NCBI GenBank assembly: GCA_041649575.1
Contig: JBAZMW010000001.1
Coordinates: forward strand, 23,944 to 87,943
From: Patescibacteria group bacterium
Lineage (GTDB): Bacteria; Patescibacteriota; Patescibacteriia; 2-01-FULL-39-33
Reading direction: 5' to 3'
Length of the DNA stretch: 64,000 nucleotides
Numbering within the stretch: the first letter of the stretch is position 1; each line of letters starts with the position of its first letter. Below, piece after piece: positions 46,293-55,573 of the stretch. The position numbers were made by a program, and so were the translations under genes. Under the pieces are notes generated by a model, which was not told where the DNA came from, ran no database searches, and was given only the letters and a program-made list of their open reading frames with translations.

Positions 46293-46352
46293 AGCCCTAC
46301 TAGCGAGCCAGCGAGCGTCCCCAGGTTAGGAACGAGGTCTTCTGATGCGATG

Positions 46353-47705
46353 TTATTGCGTTGGAAGCCTCTTTTTTTTGCCGATAATTTTAACAAGCTC
46401 TCTGATATCACTAATAGAAACAACCCTTGTTTTATTAGTAGCAGCACCCTTGTTTGGCGGGGAGACGATTTTCTCGAAGTTAAGCTTGAGGGCTTCAGAG
46501 ATAATTTTTTCCATTTGCGGTACCGATCGAATTTCGCCGGCCAGGCCCAGCTCGCCAAAAATCAAGAGCCCAGGGCTAACAGGCAGTTCTAAAAAGGCAG
46601 AAATTATAGCGGTAGCAACCGCTAAATCCACACCAGGGTCTTTTATTTTCAAACCGCCGGCAATATTTAGGTAAATATCCTGGTTATTAAGGTTGAGTTT
46701 GGCTATTTTGGAAATCACGGCAATAATTAACTGCAGACGATTAAGATCAAAGCCGGCAGCTTTTCTTTGGGGATAGCCAAAAACAGTTTTGGTGACCAGC
46801 GCCTGCACCTCTAGAAAAAACGGCCGTTGACCTTCTATCACTGCGGTGACAACCGCACCAGTGGCCGGATAATTTTCTTTTTCCAAAAATACTTGTGAGG
46901 GATTGCTGACTTCTTTCAGGCCAAGGTCGGTCATTTCAAAAACGCCTATTTCTCCAGTGGAGCCAAAGCGATTTTTACTGCTGCACAAAATTTTATAAAA
47001 ATTTTGGTTGTCATTTTCCAAATACAGGACGGTATCGACCAGGTGTTCCAAGCTCTTAGGTCCGGCGACCAGCCCTTCTTTGGTGACGTGGCCGATAATG
47101 ATGATAGGGATGCCAGATTTTTTGGCCACTTCCAGCAGCTGACTGGTAATGGAGATAATTTGCGCGGCCGAGCCCAGATTAGAGGCGGGATCATGAAAAC
47201 GCATAGTCTGGATAGAATCAACAATAGCCAGTTCCGGCTTGACTTCTTCGATGGTGGCGATGATTTTACCGATGTCGGTCTGGGCCAAAAAACGCAGATT
47301 ATTAAGATCCAGGTTGATTCTTTGGGCTCGAATCTTTACTTGATTGCCGGACTCCTCGCCGGAGACATAAAGAACATTTTTTAATTTATCGGAGATTTGC
47401 AGGCAGAGGGTCGATTTGCCAACGCCCGGATCGCCGCCGATCAAGATCAGAGACCCCTTGACTATGCCGCCTCCTAAAACCCGGTCCAACTCTTGAATTT
47501 TAGTAGAGAGTCTGGCCTGACTGATGTCGGGCAATTGCTTCAGATCTATTGGTTGGTCAGGCGCGGTTTTGGGCGTTTTTTTATCGTTGTTTTCAACGGC
47601 TTGCTCCTGAATGGTTCCCCAAGAGCCGCATTCCAAACAGCGCCCTTGCCACTTGGGATATTGGGCGCCGCATTTGAGGCAGGAATAAATTAAGCTATGG
47701 GCCAT
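46353..47705 (-). CDS. radA: DNA repair protein RadA/Sms
   Basis: N-terminal C4 zinc finger 'CLKCGAQYPKWQGRCLECGSW', RecA-like Walker A 'GGDPGVGKSTL', 'KNRFG' and a Lon-protease-like C-terminal domain. Confidence 0.9.
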   Translation of the reverse strand: MAHSLIYSCLKCGAQYPKWQGRCLECGSWGTIQEQAVENNDKKTPKTAPDQPIDLKQLPDISQARLSTKIQELDRVLGGGIVKGSLILIGGDPGVGKSTLCLQISDKLKNVLYVSGEESGNQVKIRAQRINLDLNNLRFLAQTDIGKIIATIEEVKPELAIVDSIQTMRFHDPASNLGSAAQIISITSQLLEVAKKSGIPIIIIGHVTKEGLVAGPKSLEHLVDTVLYLENDNQNFYKILCSSKNRFGSTGEIGVFEMTDLGLKEVSNPSQVFLEKENYPATGAVVTAVIEGQRPFFLEVQALVTKTVFGYPQRKAAGFDLNRLQLIIAVISKIAKLNLNNQDIYLNIAGGLKIKDPGVDLAVATAIISAFLELPVSPGLLIFGELGLAGEIRSVPQMEKIISEALKLNFEKIVSPPNKGAATNKTRVVSISDIRELVKIIGKKKRLPTQ

Positions 47706-47706
47706 A

Positions 47707-48492
47707 TTATTTTAGGTAACATTGGCAGGAGTAAGTATTAATGGTGTCTCCATTTTTTGGGGCGTGGGTGTAGACCAGGTTAGCGTATCTTTCAGAGCAC
47801 CAAGAGAAGCAGAGTTGATCGGCGGCCTCCTGACTGTTAGCTTTAATGTCGGTGGGGCCATTACGATAATTCAGAGTAGTCGCTTTGTCACGGCAAAAAC
47901 AGGACCATAAATTAGGACTACTGCCTTGCTCTACACGTTCAAACTCCTGGTTGTTGTTAGAACATTGGTTTTGGCATTGTTTTTCGGCTTCTTCTTTACT
48001 ACCGGTAGAAGCTAAGCCGACTGGCTGGGTGCTGGCAGTGGGGGTTGTAACACTGTCTAAATGCGGCATCGTTATCACTGTCAGCTTGGGATTGATCAAA
48101 TACAAAATAGTGAAAGACAAAAAAGCCAAGACCAGACCAATCAAGGCGGAGATAATAATCTCTTTGGCCTGTCCGATCTCGGAACTATTGCCTCGAGAAG
48201 CCAGCCACTTGAATCCGCCCCACATCACCATCACCGCCGCCAAGACTCCCACGGCGCCGATGATTAGACGATACCAAATATTAAAGTAAGTGCCCAAGAT
48301 GTTAGCATCGGTGACATTAAATTCTTTGGCCATATTGCCGAGAGGCACATTAAGGCAAACTTTTCCTGCTGGGCAAGAGCCGGCGGCTCCGGAGGCGGCT
48401 GCCGGAGTTTCTCCGGGGGTAGCTCCCAAAGCCAGAAGAGGAGCAGTAAAAAACAAGACAACCAAAAATAAGATTATTATATTTTTTTTCAT
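47707..48492 (-). CDS. secreted protein with TrbC/VirB2-pilin-like membrane module and Cys-rich C-terminal domain
   Basis: Signal peptide, then the module 'LIIGAVGVLAAVMVMWGGFKWLASRGNSSEIGQAKEIIISALIGLVLAFLSFTIL' (hydrophobic-WGG-basic-hydrophobic, pilin-like), then a C-terminal 8-Cys domain. Confidence 0.45.
   Translation of the reverse strand: MKKNIIILFLVVLFFTAPLLALGATPGETPAAASGAAGSCPAGKVCLNVPLGNMAKEFNVTDANILGTYFNIWYRLIIGAVGVLAAVMVMWGGFKWLASRGNSSEIGQAKEIIISALIGLVLAFLSFTILYLINPKLTVITMPHLDSVTTPTASTQPVGLASTGSKEEAEKQCQNQCSNNNQEFERVEQGSSPNLWSCFCRDKATTLNYRNGPTDIKANSQEAADQLCFSWCSERYANLVYTHAPKNGDTINTYSCQCYLK
48058..48269. repeat. 212-bp direct repeat copy A (~99 % identical to 49110-49321)
   Basis: Aligned by eye, there are 3 mismatches over 212 bp. 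It encodes the shared pilin-like TM module of the two adjacent paralogs. Confidence 0.8.
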
Positions 48493-48506
48493 TTTATTGG
48501 CGGTTT

Positions 48507-49688
48507 TTAGAGACAGGACGTTTGCGCCCGATTAATGAACTGTTGTTCGCCATCGGCGCTTTCTAAAATATTGGCGTTACTGTTGATTCGGCTGGATACC
48601 CCCATACCCGGATCGGTTTTGAAAAAATTAAGGTAGTTGGTCCTCATATATTGGGCGGCTCCCGCTCGATCGCCAGCCCGGATTCTAGAAGCGGTTTCAC
48701 TTAAAAATACTGAATTAGGACCAAATTGATAAGCGGTGTCTGCTAAAACCGCTTTAGCCTGGGGATCAAGTCTCTCCCAGCCGTCGCCATAAGCGTTGGC
48801 CGCTCCCGGCCAATAGGTATTATTGTAATTATTCCAAAACCAATTTTTTTCCGTTTCATAATCGACAGAATTCGGCCTTTGGTCGCTATTATGCCCAAAG
48901 CCATAAGTATAGCCGTGCAGGTCGGCATAAGGAGTGCTGTTGTATCCCTCATAAGAAGCGGTAAAGGCATGATAATAATCAACGCCACCGGCGGTTTCTG
49001 AGCAAGGAACTTTGGCTTGGGAGTAATATGGCCCTGGCAGACCGTTTGGGTCGACAGATAAAGAGATGCCTCTGGGAACAAGGTTGGTATGAACAACCTG
49101 CACACTATCCAAATGCGGCATCGTTATCACTGTCAGCTTGGGATTGATCAAATACAAAATAGTGAAAGACAAAAAAGCCAAGACTAGACCAATCAAGGCG
49201 GAGATAATAATTTCTTTAGCCTGTCCGATCTCGGAACTATTGCCTCGAGAAGCCAGCCACTTGAATCCGCCCCACATCACCATCACCGCCGCCAAGACTC
49301 CCACGGCGCCGATGATTAGACTAAACCAAACAGCAAGGTAGTCTTCCAGGCCAGAGGCGGTAGTTTTGGAGCCAAGAGGCACATTAAGCTTAATACTGAT
49401 TGATCCTTTTGATTCTTCGGAATTAATTCCGACAGGGCCGCTGAATTGATCGAGAGTTTCTCCGGCGGCCAAGAAGGAGCGACAGCCTTGCTGGCAGGTT
49501 ATCAAGAGAGAATCGTTGGCCGCCCTGGCCAGGCCCTGATTTTCCCTGTTTCCATAATCCGTGTAACATTGGTTGACGCAGTCGGTGTATTTTGTTTTGT
49601 CGGCCAAAACATTTTTTGGCAACAAGCTGATGGCCAAGAGGATAATCGCAGGCAAAATTATTCTTAACAGTTGTCGTTTGGTGATCAT
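48507..49688 (-). CDS. secreted pilin-like-module protein fused to a GH24 (T4-lysozyme-like) peptidoglycan hydrolase domain
   Basis: It carries the same TM module as ORF 47707. The C-terminal domain 'YEGYNSTPYADLHGYTYGFGHNS…LDPQAKAVLADTAYQFGPNSVFLSETASRIRAGDRAGAAQYM' matches the phage-lysozyme pattern E-G-x…Y-x-D…T-x-G-x-GH and the A..D.AYN.G/…I..GDW..AA helix. Confidence 0.55.
   Translation of the reverse strand: MITKRQLLRIILPAIILLAISLLPKNVLADKTKYTDCVNQCYTDYGNRENQGLARAANDSLLITCQQGCRSFLAAGETLDQFSGPVGINSEESKGSISIKLNVPLGSKTTASGLEDYLAVWFSLIIGAVGVLAAVMVMWGGFKWLASRGNSSEIGQAKEIIISALIGLVLAFLSFTILYLINPKLTVITMPHLDSVQVVHTNLVPRGISLSVDPNGLPGPYYSQAKVPCSETAGGVDYYHAFTASYEGYNSTPYADLHGYTYGFGHNSDQRPNSVDYETEKNWFWNNYNNTYWPGAANAYGDGWERLDPQAKAVLADTAYQFGPNSVFLSETASRIRAGDRAGAAQYMRTNYLNFFKTDPGMGVSSRINSNANILESADGEQQFINRAQTSCL
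49110..49321. repeat. 212-bp direct repeat copy B
   Basis: See copy A. The spacing between copies is 1052 bp. Confidence 0.8.
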
Positions 49689-50407
49689 CGGTTTAGTTCT
49701 ATTTTGATAATGTTTTCGAAATCGGCCAAAGAAGCTTGTCCGGAGAGCTCCTGGCTGTTGATATAAAAATGAGGCGTACCAGTAAGCAGGAGCTCATCGG
49801 CTTCCTGGACATCTTGCTCAATTAGCTTTTCAATATTTTTGTCTGTTAAACAATCAGAAAAAAGTTTTTCATTTAAATTCAGTTTTTGGGCTAGCGCCAG
49901 AAGATTTTTTGCAGAAAAATTTTTTTGGTTTTGCCACAACAGATCGCTGTAGGCCCAAAATTTATTTTGTTGCCCAGCGCAGCGGGCGGCTTGATGGGCC
50001 AGATAAGAATCTTCTACTCCCGAAAAAGGCAGGTCTTTCCAAACTAGCCTGACCTGATCCGGATATTTTTCAATAATTTTTTTCAACACATTTTGGGTGG
50101 CAGCGCCGTATTCGCAGGAGAAACTGGAAAATTCGAAAATGGTTATTGGCGCATTAGGATTGCCCAAAATTGGCGCTTGGGCTTTCATTTTTGGCTCTAG
50201 GAGTTTTTGTTCGGGCACATAACTGACCAAGCCATTGTCGATCACTGCTTTTTGTCCGGTAAGGGCTGCCGGGGCCGTGTTTTTTAATGCCGTCTGGGTT
50301 TTTTGCCGGGAGACGGAGGCCAAAGACAGCAAAAAGAAAGACACAATTATTATCGCCAAAATAACGAGAATACCTTTGAGATAGTCGGGAGTTTTATTTC
50401 TTGGCAT
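49685..50407 (-). CDS. membrane-anchored DsbA-family thioredoxin-fold protein (active site reads SCEYG rather than CxxC)
   Basis: TM anchor, 'ITIFEFSSFSCEYGAA' in the position of F-x-D-F-x-CPxC, and the downstream 'AARCAGQQNKFWAYSDLLW' DsbA-family helix. Confidence 0.55.
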   Translation of the reverse strand: MPRNKTPDYLKGILVILAIIIVSFFLLSLASVSRQKTQTALKNTAPAALTGQKAVIDNGLVSYVPEQKLLEPKMKAQAPILGNPNAPITIFEFSSFSCEYGAATQNVLKKIIEKYPDQVRLVWKDLPFSGVEDSYLAHQAARCAGQQNKFWAYSDLLWQNQKNFSAKNLLALAQKLNLNEKLFSDCLTDKNIEKLIEQDVQEADELLLTGTPHFYINSQELSGQASLADFENIIKIELNR

Positions 50408-50412
50408 CAGTT

Positions 50413-51651
50413 TTAGATCTTAACTTTGTAAATTTTTTTGGTATTATTGTCGGTGAAGAAAAGCGAATGAGTATCGGTGCTGATGATTAGCTGACCAATG
50501 GAATGATAGCCGTCGGGATTGGCAATAATTTTTTTCGATCCGGTACGCAGATCGATTTCATAAATTTGGTCGTTGACCTCATTGGCTACCTCCGGATCCA
50601 GGCCGACTCCGGCCGGAGGGTTAATGGGAACAGCGCAGAACAGGCGGTCATTGCCGCTAAAGGCGCATTTATTAGCCCAGGTAGTCAGGTCTAATTTGAG
50701 CCGGTTTTCGCCAATCGCTCCGGGCGTGGCTTCGGAAATCCAAAGTTCCGGCTTATAATCGTTGTCGGAACTGTAGACGCTGTAGAGTATTCTTTGGCCG
50801 TCGGGCGACCATTTCCCTTGAAAGCCGCGGCCCTCCACAATCATCAGTTTGAAATTTTCATTATTTAGGCCAATAAAATAGACTTCGGAACGATTAGCGT
50901 CTTTGCCTTGAGTAAAGGTGGCCACCATCTGGTTGTTGGGCGACCAGTTGGAGTCGAATTTATCTTCCACGCCGCCGATTCTTTCCAGGGTTTTGCTTTG
51001 CGAACCGTCATAGTTGGCAACTGCCAAAAAACGATTTTCTGGATCCAGGGCCAAGCTTTTGAAAACCAGCTTTTCGTCATTGGGGGAGAAAGAAAAATCT
51101 TCCCAATGGTTGGGCAGAGTCAGTTGCTTCTTGTTTTTGAAATCATAAACAATATTGGAGCCGTCCGGATATTCTAAAACGGCCTTTTCCAAGTTGTTAG
51201 ACCAGCTGACATTCTTGACGTTATAGAAAATTTTGTCGCTGAATTCGCTGATTTTGCCGTCGAGAGAAAGGCGATAGAATTTGCCGGTTTTAGGATCATA
51301 ATAGACCAGCTCGCCGTTTTGGGAACTGGAAACAAAATAAGCGTTATCCTTGCTTACCAATTCGGTTTCATTGGTTGGGGCAGTGGTTGGTTCGAGAGTG
51401 GTTGCCGGGGTTTTGCCGTTGACGTTCTCGGTTGTCGGTAATTGGCCGTTAGCATCAACAGTATAAATTTTGCCGTTAATATTCACAGTTAGCGGCAAGC
51501 GGCCATTAGCATTGGCATTAGTATTAATATTGGCGTTGGTTGGCGGCACAAAAAAACTGCGGAAAAAAAAGTAATAAAGAAAAAAGCCAAACAAGGCAAT
51601 CGCGACAATAAAAAGAAGGATGATCCCTATTTTTTTCCAATCCAGTTCCAT
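50413..51651 (-). CDS. membrane-anchored TolB-like / PD40 beta-propeller repeat protein
   Basis: N-terminal TM, then repeated 'SPDG/SPN…' blades (KWSPDGQRILYSVYS; NWSPNNQMVATF; FSFSPNDEKLVFKS). Confidence 0.5.
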   Translation of the reverse strand: MELDWKKIGIILLFIVAIALFGFFLYYFFFRSFFVPPTNANINTNANANGRLPLTVNINGKIYTVDANGQLPTTENVNGKTPATTLEPTTAPTNETELVSKDNAYFVSSSQNGELVYYDPKTGKFYRLSLDGKISEFSDKIFYNVKNVSWSNNLEKAVLEYPDGSNIVYDFKNKKQLTLPNHWEDFSFSPNDEKLVFKSLALDPENRFLAVANYDGSQSKTLERIGGVEDKFDSNWSPNNQMVATFTQGKDANRSEVYFIGLNNENFKLMIVEGRGFQGKWSPDGQRILYSVYSSDNDYKPELWISEATPGAIGENRLKLDLTTWANKCAFSGNDRLFCAVPINPPAGVGLDPEVANEVNDQIYEIDLRTGSKKIIANPDGYHSIGQLIISTDTHSLFFTDNNTKKIYKVKI

Positions 51652-51669
51652 GGTTGTTTAAATTATTTT

Positions 51670-53031
51670 TTATTGACCGCCAATTCTTTGAGCCGCCTCT
51701 TGCACGGCAGTGTTGCCTCCGGGCAAAGCTCCGGCCAGCCAAATCATGGCGCCGCCCCAAAGGCCAATATTATAGATCCGGTAGCCGACGTAAAGTATCA
51801 AAGCGATAATGCTAAACAAAATTCCGTTAATAATGGCCAGAATAATTATTTCGGTCCATTTAGCCAGCTCTTTTGGCAGCCACCGGCCGATCAAGTAGTC
51901 TTCGCCAAAGTCGGCTATTTTATCGGTAAAGAGGGTGGTTGCCAGATAGAGATTCAGTCCCCAAAGAGTGAGAGTAGTCCAATCAAGCCAGACCGCTCCC
52001 CACATTGAAGTAAGAATGGCGGCACTCTCTTGCTTGACGGCCAAATTAACCGTAGCTTTGGCATCGGAAATTTTTAAAGAAGCGGCTAGGCTGGCGGCTT
52101 GTTTAAAGTTGTTTCTCGATTTCTCCCTGGCGCTTTGAATTCTTTGTTCTGTCGTTTGCCTTAGTTTGTCAGCTTCTTTTTCTTTGCTTTTATTTTTTTC
52201 TGATTCTTTTTTGTTTTCTTCTTCGACTTCTGGGGTTGGTGCTTGCGATTTTAGATCGCCGTTTTTTTCGTCTTTTTTGCCAGTGGCGTCTTCTTTTGGT
52301 TTTTTATCTTTTTTATCATCCTCCCCCTTTTTCTCACCTTCCGCCTTTTCCGATTTTTTGTCTTTCTTGTCTTTTTTTTCGCCTTCCTTTTCCTTTGCCC
52401 CTGTTTCTCCAGCCGGTTTTTCTTCCTCATCTGTTGCCTCGGCCGGCTCTCCAGCGATATTTTTTTTATGTTCTTCACCGGCCTCGGTTTGTGGTTCTGT
52501 CTCCGTTTCTTCTTCCGAGTCAGAAAAGAGATTGGCATTAGTGTCTTCACCGGCGCCTCCCCAATCTTCACTCTGGTCGTAGATGTCTTCTAGATCATAG
52601 GGATTTTCTTTGTCCCGCGGCAGATAGCCTTCCGCCTCCCTCCTTTTTTCTAACCGGGCTTCCTCCTGTTTTCTTCGTAAAGCGGCAGCCTGGCTGGAGC
52701 TGTCTTTTAGGCCGCCACTGCCAATAATGGAAGCGTTGGCAGCCCGTCTAGCAACACCCAAGGTATCGCCAAAATTTTTTGCTCCGGCTTTGGCTCGGCC
52801 AATCGCTCCTTGCTGGGCCAGAGGAAAACCGCTGGCTCGAGAGCTGATTTTTTGGGCTATTTTGTCTAGTGTTAGGCCGGCAACTCTGGTCATTCTGCCC
52901 GCGCGGCTGTTGGGACTAATGGCGCCAGCGGCTTTGGTTGCCCCGGCCAGGCCTCTTAAGCCAAGAGTGTCCAAAGACCTACCCGCCGGGCGAGAGGTTC
53001 TGTTTAATTGGTGGGCGAGATTATCGGACAT
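51670..53031 (-). CDS. protein with long K/E/D-rich disordered region and C-terminal multi-TM domain
   Basis: 453 aa. The central ~200 aa are low-complexity (EKKDKKDKKSEKAEGEKKGEDDKKDKK…). The C-terminus has 3-4 TM helices. Confidence 0.45.
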   Translation of the reverse strand: MSDNLAHQLNRTSRPAGRSLDTLGLRGLAGATKAAGAISPNSRAGRMTRVAGLTLDKIAQKISSRASGFPLAQQGAIGRAKAGAKNFGDTLGVARRAANASIIGSGGLKDSSSQAAALRRKQEEARLEKRREAEGYLPRDKENPYDLEDIYDQSEDWGGAGEDTNANLFSDSEEETETEPQTEAGEEHKKNIAGEPAEATDEEEKPAGETGAKEKEGEKKDKKDKKSEKAEGEKKGEDDKKDKKPKEDATGKKDEKNGDLKSQAPTPEVEEENKKESEKNKSKEKEADKLRQTTEQRIQSAREKSRNNFKQAASLAASLKISDAKATVNLAVKQESAAILTSMWGAVWLDWTTLTLWGLNLYLATTLFTDKIADFGEDYLIGRWLPKELAKWTEIIILAIINGILFSIIALILYVGYRIYNIGLWGGAMIWLAGALPGGNTAVQEAAQRIGGQ

Positions 53032-53066
53032 CTAAATAAAGTTTAGCCGCGCCAATACTGATCAAA

Positions 53067-55547
53067 TTAGGCGTTGACGCTTAACTTTATTATACCATTT
53101 TTTTCGCTAAGCTGCACAGTATTGCCGGCAGAGGCCCTATCTTCAAGAATTTTTTGGGACAGCGGCATTTCTATCAGCTCTTGAATTGTCCGGCTGATGG
53201 CGCGGGCGCCGGGAGAATCTTTTTGGCTTTCTTTGGCGAGAAAAACGATTAGCTTGCGGCTGAATTTCAAAGCAATTTTTTGTTTTTTCAGTTTTTCTTC
53301 CAATTTTTTCAGTTCCAGCTTGACGATGTCTTCCAAATCGTGACTGGAAAGCGGGTTAAAGTAGATTATTTTATCAACCCGATTCAAAAATTCCGTTCTA
53401 AAATGATTTTTAACTTCATTGATAATTATTTTTTCCAGAGGTGAAGAAAACTTTTCTTGACTTTGAGAAAAACCGATGGTTTTCTGTCGCTGAAAACGGT
53501 GGGAACCAAGATTGGAAGTCATGATAATGACAGTGTTTCTAAAGTTAATTTTAACTCCGGTGGCATCGGTCAGGTAGCCATTATCGAGCACTTGAAGCAG
53601 TAAATTGAAAACTTCCGGATGCGCTTTTTCGATTTCATCGAATAAAATTAAAGAGTAGGGACGATGTTTGACTTTTTCGGTCAGTTGCCCGCTCTCTTTG
53701 TAGCCGACATAGCCTGCCGGGGCTCCAATCAACTTGGAAATATTGAATTTTTCGCTGTATTCCGACATGTCAATGCGAATCAGCGCTTCAGGGCTGTTAA
53801 AAATCGATTGAGCCAGAATTTTGGCGGTATAGGTTTTGCCGACGCCGCTTGGTCCGACAAAAATAAAGGAAGCAAGAGGCTTGGTCTCATCGGTTAGTCC
53901 GGCCTTGGCTCTTTTGACAAAGCCGGCAATGGTTTTCAAGGCCCCGTCCTGTCCGATAATCATTTCTTTTATCTGCTGGTCCAAATTAAGCAGTTGGCGT
54001 TTTTCCGAAGAGAGCAGGTTGTCCAGAGGAATGCCGGTGATTTTAGTGAGAATTTGGGCGACATCTTTATCGGTTATTTCACCGATGTTCAAGTGAGATT
54101 TTTTTTGATTTTTTTTCTTTAAGGCGCCTAGCTCTTCGTTTAATAGTTCAACTTGTTTTTTAAACGCCAGCGCTTCGGCAAAGTTTTCACTAAAGATCGC
54201 CGTTTCCTTGTTTTTATTCAAACTGCTTATTTCCTCGGTCAGTTTGTAGATTTTTTTGTCTAGAGCGGATGTTTTTTTGTTAATTCTAATGGCGGCGCAG
54301 GCTTCATCAATGAGGTCGATCGCCTTATCGGGCAAAAATCGTTCCGGCAGGTATCTTTGGCTAAGCGTGATGGCGGCGCTGATGGCCGTTTCATTAATTC
54401 TAACGTGATGAAAATTTTCTAGATTTTCTTTGATGCCCAGTAGGATTTTTCGGCCTTGTTCGCCGGTTGGCTCATCAATTTTTACCGGTTGAAAGCGGCG
54501 GTTTAAGGCCGGGTCGTTTTCGATAGTTTTGCGATAATCCTCAAAAGTGGTGGCGCCGAGGCAATGAATCTCGCCTCTGGCTAGAGCCGGTTTCAAAATA
54601 TTGGCCGTGTCCAGCGACCCGGAGGCCGAGCCGGCGCCGACGATATTGTGGATTTCATCAATGAAAATGATGACTTCGGGACGGTTTTTGACCTCCTCGA
54701 TTATCTGTTTGATGCGGTTCTCAAATTCGCCACGGTACATGGTGCCGGCAATGGTGGCAGTAAGATCTAGCGAATAAATTTTTTTGTCTCGCAATATTTC
54801 TGGCACATCGCCGGACAGGATTTTTTTGGCTAAACCCTCGACGATGGCGGTTTTGCCCACGCCGGGCTGGCCCAAAATAATGGGATTATTTTTGGTGCGG
54901 CGGGACAAAATCTGGATAACCCGACTGATTTCCTCCTCGCGCCCGATGACGGGGTCGATTTTTTTCTGTACTTTGGGCGAAGTCAAATTGACGCCAAAAA
55001 CATCCAGGACTCCGGTTTGGCCGTAGGGGACTTCCGGGTCGAGATATTCCTCCGATCGTTTGCCGATAACCTGAAATATTTCGGTCAGGTCGGGGAGCTT
55101 GGAAGCGCTTTTTAAGACGGCCGCGGCTCTTTGTACCAAATCATTTTCCGAAAGTTTGAAATTGTTGAATATTTTTTTAACCTCCTGGTCTCCGACTTCC
55201 AAGATGGCGGTCAAAAGATGTTCAGTGCCGATGTATTTATGGCGATTAAGATAAGAAATCTGAACTGATTTTTGAATAATTTTTTTGGCGTCGGGAGAAA
55301 ATTGAGGCAGAACTTTTGTCACGGCTTGGTTTTTTGACAAATGACTTTGGGCAATGCTGTTTTTGACTTCGGCCGGCTTAAGCTCTAAAGAATTAAAAAG
55401 CTCGGCGCCGACGCTACCGCGCTGGAGGATCAAACCGTAAAGGAGATGAATCGGATCAATCCAAAAATGGGCCAACTCCTGAGCCAGTTCGGCGGCGGTT
55501 TTAAGAGATTTTTTATAATTATTGGAGAATTTATCCAAAGTGTCCAT
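53067..55547 (-). CDS. clpC: ATP-dependent Clp protease ATP-binding subunit ClpC (class I Clp/Hsp100, two AAA+ modules)
   Basis: Clp_N repeats, Walker A 'GQPGVGKT' and 'GPSGVGKT', a short M-domain and the sensor-2 '[10 protein letters not shown]'. Confidence 0.9.
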   Translation of the reverse strand: MDTLDKFSNNYKKSLKTAAELAQELAHFWIDPIHLLYGLILQRGSVGAELFNSLELKPAEVKNSIAQSHLSKNQAVTKVLPQFSPDAKKIIQKSVQISYLNRHKYIGTEHLLTAILEVGDQEVKKIFNNFKLSENDLVQRAAAVLKSASKLPDLTEIFQVIGKRSEEYLDPEVPYGQTGVLDVFGVNLTSPKVQKKIDPVIGREEEISRVIQILSRRTKNNPIILGQPGVGKTAIVEGLAKKILSGDVPEILRDKKIYSLDLTATIAGTMYRGEFENRIKQIIEEVKNRPEVIIFIDEIHNIVGAGSASGSLDTANILKPALARGEIHCLGATTFEDYRKTIENDPALNRRFQPVKIDEPTGEQGRKILLGIKENLENFHHVRINETAISAAITLSQRYLPERFLPDKAIDLIDEACAAIRINKKTSALDKKIYKLTEEISSLNKNKETAIFSENFAEALAFKKQVELLNEELGALKKKNQKKSHLNIGEITDKDVAQILTKITGIPLDNLLSSEKRQLLNLDQQIKEMIIGQDGALKTIAGFVKRAKAGLTDETKPLASFIFVGPSGVGKTYTAKILAQSIFNSPEALIRIDMSEYSEKFNISKLIGAPAGYVGYKESGQLTEKVKHRPYSLILFDEIEKAHPEVFNLLLQVLDNGYLTDATGVKINFRNTVIIMTSNLGSHRFQRQKTIGFSQSQEKFSSPLEKIIINEVKNHFRTEFLNRVDKIIYFNPLSSHDLEDIVKLELKKLEEKLKKQKIALKFSRKLIVFLAKESQKDSPGARAISRTIQELIEMPLSQKILEDRASAGNTVQLSEKNGIIKLSVNA

Positions 55548-55573
55548 AAAATTTAATTAGATTTAAAATAAAA

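Noticed and set aside
45650-46340. GC-rich island as RNase P RNA, tmRNA or SRP RNA
   Set aside because: No GGAAAGUCCGG/ACAGAACCCGGCUUA (RNase P), no tRNA-Ala-like ends or tag ORF (tmRNA), and no GGAAGCAGCCAAGG (SRP). It is kept as an unexplained island rather than assigned to these.
52166-52582. Plus-strand ORFs (52166-52582, 52236-52541) and a minus-strand K/R-rich ORF (52251-52571) overlapping the K/E-rich gene
   Set aside because: They are mirror-image low-complexity translations of the GAA/AAG-rich repeat region of ORF 51670-53031. They are not independent genes.
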